Source: Bugula neritina (taxonomy: Eukaryota > Animalia > Bryozoa). Taken from it: 64,000 nucleotides of DNA. Location: NCBI GenBank assembly GCA_964035545.1, contig OZ037765.1, positions 4,846,698 to 4,910,697 of the forward strand, in the 5' to 3' direction. Positions within the stretch are counted from its first letter, which is position 1; each line of letters opens with the position of its first letter. Made by a program: the position numbers and the translations under genes. This document shows, piece by piece, positions 13,001-25,100 of the stretch. Under the pieces are notes generated by a model. The model did no database searches. It saw only the letters and a program-made list of their open reading frames with translations, and was not told the DNA's origin.

Positions 13001-16000
13001 TTGTGTACGTCACTGCCAAGTGAGTGTCACTTCTTCAATATTCTCAATTATTATGGCATTCTTTGCAAATCTTTTAAACTTAGTTATTTTTAATTTTGAT
13101 TGTTTATTCATTTTGTTTTGTTGATTTTTATTTACCCTATATAATAGCAATAATTTTTTTTTTGATTTTTGACCACATTTAGACATTTATTTTTTTATTA
13201 TGTGTTATTCTATATTCATTTACTATATTTTATTCAATAGCAGTTTCTGTATTATCTCTCCATATATGATCTCATTCACTCACTGCCACTCACTGCCACT
13301 TACTAGTAGTTTTTACTCACCTGTTTTATTTTCTCTATAGAAGTGGCGCCAGCTTAGCTCACATCATAAACATTGAGAGGATGTGGAAAGATGGTGATGG
13401 TTCATCCTGGTTGTTCGGCAGATGGTTTTATCGACCCTCCGAGACAGTGCATGGCTCCGCTAAGCGTATCATGAATCAAGTCAGTTCCAATTTTAGTCTT
13501 TATATGAGTTGAAATGTCTTGTGAATACAGAGTGGTGTATATATATACCTCTCAAAGTGTTGTGTTTTAATTTTATATTGTATCGTTCACACTGTGTTTA
13601 CAGGAAGTTTTCTGTGCTGACGTGTTTGACAGCGTGCCCTTCCAAGCTGTGATTGGCCGCTGCTATGTTATGTACATCAAAGATTACGTTCGCTGTCAAC
13701 CTGAGGTAATGTTCCAGAACTTTCTGCAAGTTATCAGTAGATGATGCCTGTACAATAAGAACTGGAGCTGTAGCTCCAGTTAAACTTTCTTATTACTGAC
13801 TGCTCCAGTGCACACCCTGCCTATTGCATTCTTGTTTAGGGGAATGAGACTATTTTAGCCTTTGGCACATCATTTCATAACTTTGAAGAGTAGATTTACT
13901 TACTAGTCACTATATTTTACTCTAGTGACTGTTTTAATGTTGGTTACTCGGGCTAGTTGTTGAGAGGATAATTATGGGGTGGAAGGGCACGCGTCCCCTT
14001 ATTCTAAGCTGTGGTGTGTCTGCTACAGGGAATTCCAGAGAAGGACGTTTACTTGTGCGAGTCCAGATACAGCAAGAAATCTCACGCTTTTTACAAAGTT
14101 AAGAATTTAGCTAATGTAGCCGTAAACTCCAACATTGAAATAAAGCCCAGGGCCGTACCCATGTTAACTACCCGGACACCAACCACTGTGGCTACCAGTA
14201 AAAGAGAAGATAAGCCTGCGATTATTGCCACGTCAAACAAACCAATCATTAAAGACAGGAAGGTTAGCTGAATCTTGTTTCTAGTAACACTTTCGGTGCG
14301 CTGAACCATGAATCTCCACCATAGAGTTGAAGGATAACTTGACAATCTTCACAAGCAAGTATTTATGTTTTAGTCTGTGACGTGCAGTGTGAATGACGGT
14401 GAGCCGGGACACATTTACTACGAGCAGTTTGTAGCTGAGAACGGTATGGCATACAAGGTTGGGGATTTTGTATATTTGAATGCATCAGCTGTGGCTCACC
14501 TCCCCAACTCTACTGCGTCTGGACCTCAGCCTATTGCGAGAATAGAGAAGCTCTACAAAGATGAACGGTTGGTTTAATGCTATACAAGTTAGAAATAACA
14601 GTTGAAAATTATTTCAGAGTTATCTGTTAAGCGAATTTGTATTCAGCATGTAGCTGTAATATAGGGAGCAGCCGTGGTCTAGGGGTTAGAGCATTTGCCT
14701 AGTAGATCTTGGGTTCAAATCCCAACAAAGGCCATTGGTGATGTTGGGAAGAGCATCCAGTCATAATTACTCCTGTGTCACATTTGAATATATCTTTAGC
14801 CGATTTAACAAAAAACTCTCAGGGATTTCTCGCAGGGATGGCGACTATAAACTTGTGTGAGTTTTATGTAGTTGTAATATACTCGGAGTCAGCTGTGAAT
14901 GGTGTGTTGCAGTGGCTGGCTGATATTCATGGGCTCTCTCTTCCTGAGACCTGACTCCATAGACCACACTCCGGCCAGACTTTTCTACCAGAAAGAGGTG
15001 TTCCTCTCGGCTGCTGAAGATAAGAAGTTCAATCTGGCTTCTGTGGTTGGAAAATGTTCAGTGTTGTTCAGCAAAGACTATTCTACTTGTGAGTGGCATT
15101 GCAATACTATTCCTATGACTCTTGATTTGACTGTGACTCAATGACCAACATCATATTAATCAATGTTGATGTTCAAATAATTTGCAGTTGTCCAAAGATG
15201 GTTTCATTCTTGTAATGTAGACATCATTTTCTGTTGATTGTTGTCATAGAGTCAACACTCGTATGCCATTCCACTGAGCTCTAAACTCTGTCTATTAGAG
15301 CTCTGTGTGAAGGAAGGAAGTGATTGGTTGTTGTAGATCGTTTGACTGAGTATCCCGAAGAGCACGTGTACGTCTGCGAGTGGAAGTACATAGAAGGGGA
15401 AACTGAGAATGTCACAAGGAAAATCAGCAAAGGATTTCGGACTCCCCAGATTTCCCCTGCTGTCTGCGATGATGAAATATTTTACTTTTCTAAAAAACTG
15501 TCAATAAAGAGAGTAAGTTGCAGGCTTGTAGTGTGTATCGTAGTGCGTTTTGGGGTGTGTATTTTACTGTGAGTTGTCTAAGAGCTGTAGTACTGACTAC
15601 TTTACTATGTGGGTTACTTATCAACATCATGTTGAAAGTTTGGATTGATTCCATCAACATTGTTTCTAAACTATCCTTCAAAGATCACGTTCCTGATGTG
15701 CAGGAAAAATCAAAACAAAGTAGCATCGAGGCTAAAATATCAACCTGGTTGGGCCGGTTATGTTTTTAGAATGGAAAGCAATCACTTGCCTAGAATGGTG
15801 CATATTGTTAATTTTATGAGCTCCACCTTCTATATATAGGCTTACAGTAGATGGTGCAGTATTATGTTGGTTTCATGCGAGCAGTGTATTGGCTTTTGCC
15901 GTGACGCTATACCTTTGACCTATGACCTTTGCAGGTGCCGTCTCCTCAGCTCACTAAGTTGTGTGCCGAGTCTTATATTCAAGATCATGAGGAGGAAGAC

Positions 16001-18631
16001 AGCCGGGAGCAAACGCTGACTCCCATACATTCCAACTTTGATGCTGTTGGGAATGACAACTCCCGAAACGCTGCTTCTCCTCTAGCTAGCGGTGAAAAAT
16101 TTGGCAAAAAGGTTAGTTGAATTTTGTATTTTGAGGTTTCGTTGCTGATTGTCATTGTTTACATCTGCTCATTGACTGCTACATTTATTCAATTCAAATT
16201 AAAATGTGTCTATAAAATACTTGCCAAGTTGTTGGTTAAATATTTTTTCACGACTTTAGAAAAAGAAGAAACATCACATAACGAGCTTTCAGTTGTTTGC
16301 CAATGATGTGCGAAGAGGTATTCAAGATGCAAATCCTGGAGCGTCATTTGGTGAAGTCAGTCAGCGAGTAGCTGCTAAGGTATGCCGCGAATCTCGAGTG
16401 TGTCTTACGAGTTTCACGAGTGCGTTTGCCAAAGGATCTGTTCTTATTTGCTCATTATTGTGAATTGTGAGCCAAGATTTTACTTTGGTGAAGTGAAAAG
16501 ATATTTCTGTGTAATGTAATGTGTTAATGTTTTAGATTATACGAATGCAGGTGATTTGTTGAAGTTTACTGTTACATTATTCATAAGTTTTTTCTTTGAA
16601 CTATTTTACACATCACTTTTTGCTATCTAGAATGATGACTACGTGTTTATGTTTGTTATATGTGAAAGGTTTTGTCTACTATTTTTTTTGAGCTGGCTGA
16701 GTTAAAATTTTATGCCAAATTTTGCCAGTTGCTAGTATAGAACTCAGCGAGTTTGCGCATCTCACGCACTGCAGCAGGCATTGTATAGTAAACACTTTCT
16801 GGTGTAGTGGAGAAGTTTACCTGATGAAGAAATCCAAAGGTACAAGGAGAAGTCTGTACAACTTCAGAATGAGGCTAAAGCTAAAGAGAGAGCCGAGGCT
16901 ATGGAGGCAGCTGCGAGGGCAGCACCCGCCCCGACTCAGTTCAACAAGGATATGTTCGCACAGCCTGGGCCACAGGCTATGCTCTCTCAGCCCCCGCACT
17001 TTCAACCCTCTCAACAGCCTCAGTTCCAACAGTTTTCACAGCAGCGTATGATGCCGGGTTAGTCACATGATTACAATTTCTTTTAATTGTGTTTAGTTTA
17101 ACAGTTTAAACAGAAAGAAAAGTTGTTTCTCTGTAACCTTTACTATTTAACATAGGGGTGCGGCACAGGGGTGTGATATAGGGGTGCGGCACAGGGGTGT
17201 GATATAGGGGTGCGGCACAGGGGTATGACACAAGTCATGGGGTTCGAGTTCTGGCCATGATGTCAGGAAGAGCATCTTGTCATAATTGCTCTTGTTGCAT
17301 CAGGTAAAGCCTCAAACCATGTCACCAGTGCAGAGACGCAGTTCTTAGCCCATTTAAATACCTTGTTGTCAGGGTTTCTCACAGCGACTTGAAACAAACG
17401 TGATTATAGAGGTGTGCTCTAGCTGGTTGATGAGCTCAACAAGTTGTATAGGTTATGTTTATATATACACAGGAACGGTGATCATACCAGGACAGCCGAT
17501 GCAGCCCGGCTATGCACCCAGACCCATGATTACGGCGGATGGTCAGCAGTGGGTTCCAGCCCCTGCTGCTCCGGGACAACCCCAGCCAATGTACACCAGT
17601 CAGAGCCCTATGCCCCTGCACACCAACATGCCACAGTACCACTCACGACAGAACATGACAGGTGGGCTAAGTGTCATGGGGAATAAGTCATCTTTCTGTT
17701 TGGGAAACTCAGACATTATTTCTTGCTTCTAATGAGGTACCAAAATCGCTGCTGGGTGTATTTTAGGGTCCCCGATGCACAGACCTAGTCCTGCCCAGAC
17801 CCCAGACTCTAATAACCCCCAACAGATGGGACAACCGATGCAGGTGTTTCAGATGACACCGGTCAGTCAAGTACCTGCTATGGCAGGTCAACAGGTGTCT
17901 GTAGCCACACCTCCACAGCCACCTAGACCACCCAGTCCTAAGTTTGTCAGTGTGGACATGCCACCGCAAAAGATTACTCATTCCAGCGTTTACATGAAGT
18001 ATGTTATGTTTTAGTTAATTGTATTGTTGTTGGTTGAATCAAATAATATTTTGATGTATATTTTTCTATTAGTAGAAACTCTTTTCGAAGTGCAGTCTAT
18101 AAATCTAATTGTTATTACATAAAATACATACTCAATTTACTCAATTAAAAAGAAGTGAATGAGATACTATTATATTGCTATTATTTCTGTCAACTTTTTA
18201 GCAAAGACATTAGCTGCACATCATTGAAAAGATAACTCTTGATAATATCTAAATGCTGTAAAATTATGAGACAACTGCTAGTCATGTTAGGCATCTAAGG
18301 ATTTTATATTTCATTTACAGTCACTTGCACTTATCCCCGCAATAACAGATTATAAAGCATTGTGTAAAGCACAGTGGATAGGTTACAACTGATGGACATG
18401 TTTTTCAGGTACATTGGAGGATTGAGAGGGGATAATCCCGTAAAAGTAAGCAATTGGGAAAGAGAATTACTGACTGAAAAGATGATGGAACCGCCAAACC
18501 CTAGTCTTCTACCCACACATTGGCTAGCTAATGGTGCTGGGGCTCATGGCGACGCCCTCAGTGCCCTTCACGCACTCAGAGATGTTATGGTGCAGGACAC
18601 ACTCAAACTCAAACGGGCTTACCAGTTGTAA
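1005..18631 (+). CDS. PBRM1: Polybromo-1 / BAF180 (6 bromodomains, 2 BAH domains, HMG box), ~31 coding exons
   Basis: GT-AG exons join in frame (approx.): 1005-1100, 1300-1397, 1750-1897, 2174-2401, 3109-3368, 4026-4253, 4788-4956, 5621-5683, 6679-6772, 6914-7080, 7264-7395, 8403-8578, 9159-9285, 9564-9731, 9967-10104, 10418-10476, 11645-11768, 12193-12393, 12934-13019, 13341-13479, 13604-13705, 14029-14262, 14374-14567, 14912-15088, 15338-15512, 15935-16111, 16260-16379, 16808-17057, 17473-17661, 17767-17998, 18409-18631. Bromodomain motifs recur (GRLLCETLIRAPKRR, PDYY..I..PID, NA..YNE.GS.IY.DA; BD6 RYRRLDIFQ). BAH motifs (YEVGDFVYV, YKVGDFVYL..RIEKL), an HMG box (FQLFANDVR..NPGASFGEVS) and the PBRM1-type C-terminus (HSSVYMKYIGGL..LPTHWL..ALHALRDVM) follow. 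Confidence 0.96.
3581..3683 (+). repeat. Interspersed repeat fragment, second copy at ~8770-8865
   Basis: Shared TAGTTGTCTTCTT.TTAAGGGACAAGGCTG.AGTAAAAATAAT...AATAACTAAATGAACATATTTAATGGAGCTAGAAAGTTGTT in two PBRM1 introns. Confidence 0.85.
4315..4780. repeat. Compound minisatellite (TACATACTA / TACTGTACTA / TACAGTCTCTA) ending at a PBRM1 acceptor
   Basis: Visible tandem units that stop 7 nt before the exon at 4788. Source of spurious Tyr/Ile-rich ORFs. Confidence 0.95.
5039..5237. mobile_element. MITE with CAGTG termini and TA flanks (Tc1/mariner-like); left end tandemly triplicated (4982, 5011, 5039)
   Basis: Left TA|CAGTGCTCCCTCTGTAT and right ATACGGAGGGGCACTG|TA are near-perfect inverted repeats. 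Confidence 0.7.
7716..7900 (+). mobile_element. Old diverged SINE copy (same core; subfamily like the 17232 copy)
   Basis: ATTGGTGATGTTCAAGAAGGCATCTGGTCACAATTGCTC core followed by GCAGTTCCTAGTCCAATTAAA. Confidence 0.6.
9746..9960. repeat. ~20-bp minisatellite (GGTGTACTTGTGTGACTTGA) filling a PBRM1 intron
   Basis: About 10 tandem units between the donor at 9732 and the acceptor at 9966. Confidence 0.95.
10521..11277. repeat. 17-bp minisatellite TATTAGTAATACTGT(G/A)C with alternating variants
   Basis: Over 40 tandem units beginning ~45 nt after the donor at 10477. Confidence 0.97.
12701..12933 (+). repeat. 28-bp minisatellite containing the 3' splice site
   Basis: 8 units of TTTATG(T/C)AGCTATAGT(TT/AA)GCTG(T/A)CTCTG. 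The ninth partial unit supplies the real acceptor TTTATGCAG|GTG. Confidence 0.95.
14664..14865 (+). mobile_element. tRNA-Thr-derived SINE, near full length, with TSD
   Basis: A box TGGTCTAGGGG, B box GGTTCAAATCC, core ATTGGTGATGTTGGGAAGAGCATCCAGTCATAATT, tail CTATAAACTTGTGTGAGTTTT. Flanked by a 16-bp TSD ATGTAG(C/T)TGTAATATA (14648-14663 / 14866-14881). Confidence 0.9.
17153..17224 (+). repeat. 26-bp G-rich tandem repeat (x3)
   Basis: TAGGGGTGCGGCACAGGGGTGTGATA repeated, giving six GGGG runs at 13-nt spacing. Confidence 0.9.
17232..17400 (+). mobile_element. Related SINE subfamily fragment (same core, longer middle)
   Basis: GGGGTTCGAGTTC B box, GATGTCAGGAAGAGCATCTTGTCATAATTGCTC core, then GCAGTTCTTAGCCC..CAGGGTTTCTCACAG. 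Confidence 0.7.
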
Positions 18632-19461
18632 AGTTATTGTACAGTTGTCTTTGTCGTATTCCAATTTATTTGCATGTATTTGAGACGCATTCTAATTTGA
18701 TTTTAATTGCTCCCTACTCAGTTATTTTAGCCTATTTACGTTCCTCTCGTCGTAATGTAGTTTTAGAAATGTTGAACATATAAATTCACCATTTATAAAC
18801 TTACTGTGTTTTTTATTGTGTAGATAGCTTTTCTCTTTATTTTGTATTATATTTAATAGCAATTATAAACATTTAATTCAATTGTAAAAAACACAGGTAC
18901 AGTTTCATTTAATGAAGAGTAGGTTTACTTGAATATTTTTAGTTTTATTACACTTGTAATGATGTACTGACATACACACGCACACCTTCAATTGTGAAAT
19001 TATTTTGACTAGTGGTTTTGTTAGTTGTACCCAACACAATTCTGTCGTTATCTCATCTTTAAACAAATCAAAGCTACACACCAACCACACAAGTAAAAGA
19101 GGTGAATATTCAACAAAATAGTTGGAGTTGTGTGTACTGCATACTAAACACATTTGACCTTTTGCTGATCGTACAGGTAAAATCAAGCTAATCTATACCT
19201 GCACAAATTCTAATATGTAACTTGAAATAAATAATTTTAATTCATGCGTGCATGGAACAATATAATGGCATTGGATTTTCATATACATCTTGCAAATCAA
19301 TAGTGACTATAAAATGAAACAAATACATTATGATGATCACTGGATGTGAAATATTGATTGTCTTTGTTGGAAATATTGATGTAAATTTGTATTGTTTGGC
19401 GAAGGAAAACACTTGCAGACAGCTAGCTGTGGTAGCCATTAGCCATTTCTATTTTCACAAC

Positions 19462-21250
19462 ATGTCAGCAAGATTGTTCACCTCGTTTCTGGTTATAGGA
19501 GTTTTTCTCCTGAGTCGTACAGGTAAAATTAACTAAAGTATAAGTAGAATTATGTTAGATATTATGTTGTAGGACTTCTTCCATTCTAATATACTTCTGT
19601 ACATGTATTGGTGCACCATATGATTACTCTTTTAATGAAATTAACTAAAATTGTTAGTCAATTCATATATTTTCATTATATTATACTTTAGTTTTAAGTA
19701 AGCAACTGACAACCGGATCAAAATCAACGGAGTATAGCTTTTCAATGGTGCAACATTTACCATGCAGCTCCTTGCATCTGCTATTACTTTTGAGTCAATG
19801 CTGTATTGAAAGTTTCCGTCGTCTACATGTAAAATAACAAACTTTAAAGGAAGGGCTTCATTCCTAACCTGTGTTTATATGTTGCAGTTGACAGTGAGAT
19901 TTTGAATTACGACAACCCCGACTGTGTAATAGACGACTCACTTCCACCAGAACAAGAAGGAAACTATGTGGACTGCAACACGCCAGAGTCGATAGCCGAT
20001 AATAAAACTCGATGCTGTCAAGTTGAAGACTCAAAGGGTTGCTGTACCAATGAAACTAAGTGTGTAGAAAGAGAGGCATACGCTACTAGCTTCAATATTG
20101 CCCTTGTAGTCATGTGACTAAACATTAAATGACTTAAGTCAATTCTATCTAATATCAACATAACTTTGTATGAAATACTTTATGAAAGAGAACATCATAT
20201 CTTAATGAATATGTTCAACTGATATATAGTGAAATCAACTGTAGTGATAGTTTGCTTCAAATTGCATGTTTAATATGTTGTAGTGCGAATAAGATGGTTG
20301 CCATAGGAACCAGTATTGCTGTCATAACAGTAGCTATAGGGACAGCCTGTTTCATTGTATTCTGGTGTAACCCGGATACTCTGCCTTGCCTCAAGAAATG
20401 CCCGTAAGTATTTAGTACATTTGATTGAGAAAAGTCATAAGAGGAATAACAAAAAATTTCAATAGCAAAAGTTCTTTAGTTTTTTTCAAGAGCTTTGACT
20501 AGGGGTGCAGGTTAAAATTCTAGCTAGATCATGAAATTTTTGCAACATTTTTCATTTAGAACACGGGCTATTCTCAACTTTGCTGTAGATGCTTTCTTTT
20601 GTTGTCCATTTTTATTATTAAAACAATGAGAGATTTTGAGCCATGTAAGTTGGCAAGTTGCTAGAAAAATCTGTAACATTATGAAATACAACATGTAGTA
20701 TACTAACATACAGTGTTATAGTAAATAGTGGAATAGATATAGCTACAGTGTACCTGAATTCTTACTGCCAGTGCAGTTTAGTTATTAAAATAGTAAAATG
20801 TTTTCTCCATCAAATGATACTCAAAGTTGTGTTTTAATATTAATGTGCAAGAAAAAGAGAGTTGTAACTGTTCCAATACTAACTTTTTCGGTTTTGAAAT
20901 TATTTTTTATGCTTTGCTACATGAACTTATCAATTGCTATCACCATCTCGGAGCATTATTTAGTAGTATTGTAAGTCGGAAACACAATGAGATGTACATA
21001 TACAGAACATGACCTACAACATGTGGCTTCGTGTAGGTGTAAATGCTGCCACAGAGGCACCAATGAGTTCAGTGGAGAGATGACAGATTTGACTGAAGAC
21101 ATCAAGAAGATAGGGATACAAAACCAGAACTATCTGAGAGAGCCCGAAGAGGATGAGTTTGCTCCACCAGAAAGGTATGACATGCCCGAAGAGCTCAAAG
21201 GAAAAGTAGAAGACGATTGGTGGGGTTCCCCACAAGGAGCTGCTTTTTAA
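19462..21250 (+). CDS. Small single-pass membrane protein with C-C-CC-CC ectodomain (Shisa-like/STMC6-type), 4 exons, ~188 aa
   Basis: Exons 19462-19522 (signal peptide MSARLFTSFLVIGVFLLSRT), 19888-~20059 (C..C..CC..CC; donor uncertain, alternative at ~20113), 20284-20403 (TM VAIGTSIAVITVAIGTACFIVFW, then CNPDTLPCLKKC) and 21037-21250 (CKCCH..., acidic tail ending DDWWGSPQGAAF*). Phases are consistent. The family assignment rests on the cysteine pattern and topology only. Confidence 0.72.
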
Positions 21251-22132
21251 ATGCCCATCACTGTTCACCAACTGACAACGAAACTGACAACAAAGCTGAC
21301 AACAAAGCTGACGAACTTTAATCTTCAACGAATACATTGTCACAGATGTAGCAAATTCGATCACTTTTAAGTCACAAAAAATTTGTTGGCTATCAAATTT
21401 GGTACCACAAGTTTACTCTGTGGCTGCAATTAGCTGTAAGTTTAACACAAGCAACAGCTATTGATATCACCAGTGTAGATTTAATTGCTATTCATAAGAC
21501 TATGAACTACTATAGAAAGAAATTTTCACTTTATTTTGCTACTTGAACCAAATATTTTCTTATATACATCACATATATAACCTTTTCTGGCGATACTTTG
21601 TATAATTATATATATATATCATATATTTTTACAGAGCAAATCAACGACAGGCATTCCAATAAATATAATGTCAAAGCACATTGAACAACTATTTAATAAT
21701 ATAGCAAGATACATGCGGTACTGCATTAAATATTGATTAAAAAATAAGGCTGCAAGACTGGAATGTTTAGCTTGTATATAAAAGCATATAATTTATGTTA
21801 ACAAATGCTAAGCTATCAATACTGCCATAGATTAGTGTATAAAATGAATTCATTAATCGTTGAAAGTGATGGGTATTAACATCTAGTTCTAACTTCTGAC
21901 ATCTTGAAAACCTTATAGAATTCTACGAGTCAGGAAATTGTAATATAATGCCTAATCATCTACGTACTAAAAATAACGTATACTGTATAAGAAATATATG
22001 TATAGCAATGACTTGTGATTAATAAAAATTCAAAAGATAATTCTCAAATGAATTAAGACTGGTTTGGTGACTGGTGCAGGTGAACACCATTTGTATCGGA
22101 AAATTTTGCTTATTGATTATTTGTTAGTCGAG

Positions 22133-25100
22133 TCATGTGACGTGAATAGCAACGCCTGAGTCAATATTGAGAATAGGTTTACCATTGGTAACGCAATGAC
22201 ATTCTACAATAAACTGTCCACTATACAATAACATAATCACATGCTCCAGTTCAAGGCACTCTTCACTGTTGAACTACAAAAAGATCATATAAAGTTCAAG
22301 GTTGAGTTGGCTAAGACACAGAATCCATTAATATAATAGAATAATAATATAACATCATAATATAATGTAATATAACATCACCAATGGCCTTTGTCAGAGT
22401 TCGAGCTCTGACAAAGGCTATTGGTGATGTTAGGAAGAGCATCCAGTCATAATTGCTCCTGTGCCTCATCTGAATAAGTCCTTAGCCCAATTTAACAAAA
22501 AACCTCTCTATCAGGGGTTTCTCACAGGGATAGTGACTATAAACTTGCATGAGTTTTTTTTATAACAATATAATATAACAATAAAGTATAACAATATAAT
22601 ATAACAACATAATAATATAATATAACAATATAACATAACAGTATGACAATATAATATAACAATAAGAATGCACAGAACATACTAATAGTATACTACTTTA
22701 TCAAACCTGACATCGAAGACAATTATTAACTCAGCAGAATCGTGTCATTCAGTAATAATTTTACTTTATATTTGGTACAAAGTAATTAAAACATGGAAAA
22801 CTTTATCACAACATGGAAAAATTGACTTACATTTAGTCCTAAGTGTGAGGATTGACCTATGTGAATGAAACTAGAATTCTCCTGGACCTCAACACGGTTT
22901 GCAGCCACTTCCTTCAGCACCACTATCTTGAAAGTTACATTTTCATATTCTATTCCTGCATAAATCAGTAGCAAAAGCAAAAGTTAGATTGTAATCTTAC
23001 TGGAAGAAGCAATTGTAATTCTAATACCCAGCAGGCAACATGTAACATTTTTCTCCATGATATGTGCTTAAATTTTGCATTCAATTCAAGTTTGATTGAC
23101 TAGAGTAATATACAAGGAGTTACCTGAAATATTTGAGATTTTATACAAGAATTTGATTGGCTCCCCAACTAAGTATCTTGAGCAAGAATTCTTCGTAACT
23201 TGACCTGGGAACAGAGAAAGTGCAAGAAATTCAAAACAATGAAAGACATTGTTGAAGTTACATAAACTAAAGTTTAAAAAAATTCAAAACATATGAAACA
23301 CGTATAATATTAGATTGTAAGGCGCCGCGAAGATTGAAAACGTTCTTTTCTTGAACAAAGAAAAAGTTATAGAGGAGAGTATCTTGCAATAAACAGCAAA
23401 ATACCCAGCTGTAGTACTTAGTAATGCATACACAGGCCTACCTGAAACACTAAATGGTCTTCTCCTCACTTTATCAAGTTCTAGGTCACTCCAATGCAGC
23501 CTCTCAAATGACACTAGCCCCACTTTCTGCCTCTCTGCTGAAAACCAGTCTAGCTGAGAGTTTCTCCTGATAGTCTGTTTACACTCCTCTAAGGAGGCGG
23601 TACTGCCACATTTGGTGATGGAGCAGTGAGCCCTATAGTCAGTCATAGTACGATTGTGGTGTATTACACGGGGTAGAGCAGATATATAATGAGTTATTCA
23701 AAGGCAGTATGAGTATGACAGGCAGTGTGACAGACAGACAGTGTGACAGACAGACAGTGTGACAGACAGTGTGACAGAGTGATTAGGTAACAGAAAGTGT
23801 GACAGATAAACAGTGTGACAGGCAGATCATGTGACTGACACAGATAGAAAGTGTGACAAATAGTTTGATAGAACAGGTGACTGACAAAAGGACAGACAGG
23901 GTAAAGTGAGAGAAAGAGTAAGGTGAGAGAGGGTATGATGTTAGCAGATGGTGGATGAGTCACAGAACATGTTGAAGTAGGACTGTAGGCAGCTGAAAGG
24001 CTGACGAGGTGTTGGAGAGAGAGTGATACCAATTACAAATAAATTATTTTTTTTAAATTGAAAATTGCATCAAAATTACAAAAGGTAGAAGAAAGCAACA
24101 GAATCTTTTTCTGGCAATAAAATGGATTGGAAGACACAATAAAACATATATCATAAGTCTGTCTGGCAGAAGGATTGGAAATGATATTTAAAGCTTAATT
24201 TTGTTGAAAATGTTCATCTTTACATATAACATTGAGAAGAGTTATATTAGTATAACATAAGTACATAGAAACAATAATACAATTGTATGGAAAAATGCTT
24301 TAAATTTCTAACATGTCTGTATATTTTATATATAAGGATAGAGTAGCAGGCCTGTAAAAGGATAGTGACACACAAACAAGCATAATTTGCAAATATTTGA
24401 ATATTTAAGTTATAAACACATGCAGGAAAACTCTACGACAACGGAACTGTGTACAGCTACGTAAACATGCAGTAACTTGCGTTAGTAAACTAAGGTGACA
24501 CAAGTCCTAACTACAACAACAACGGGGTGTGTAAATATGTAGTCAGTTCAAGCATCGGCTAGTAGTGGGTAGAGAATATACAACTACCAACCCATTAGAA
24601 ATAGAGCTAAAACATAACAACATAGAGCATAAAGTAGTTCACATTTCAAACAGAGCTCTTTGGTATTGAACGGTCAACATTTATTTAAACATATGAGAGA
24701 AGACAACTCTGATGAGCAAACTAAAGCGAGGTAGAATACACTCACACACTGGCTGCTGGAAGAAAAGAAAATAACTAAAGTAGCATGGAGTTGGCAGGGC
24801 TACAAATTACAATTCATCGACAAAATAGTTAAGGATTTGCAATGGTTTGTTTCAAGTCATAAATTAGACATCAGTGACTGAGCTCTAGAGTAAAAAAAAC
24901 CAACTTCATTCAAAGGTTGACCAATATGTTACTCTACCAACTAAATTGACCTTTGATCAAATTTTTAGCTACATCCCTGTCTATATTGCTGAATTAAGCT
25001 AGCTACACCCCCGTCTACAACCCCCAGTTGACTTAGCTACACACCTGTCTACAACCCCCAGGTAAGCTAACTACACCACTACTTACCATTCAGACTGCAT

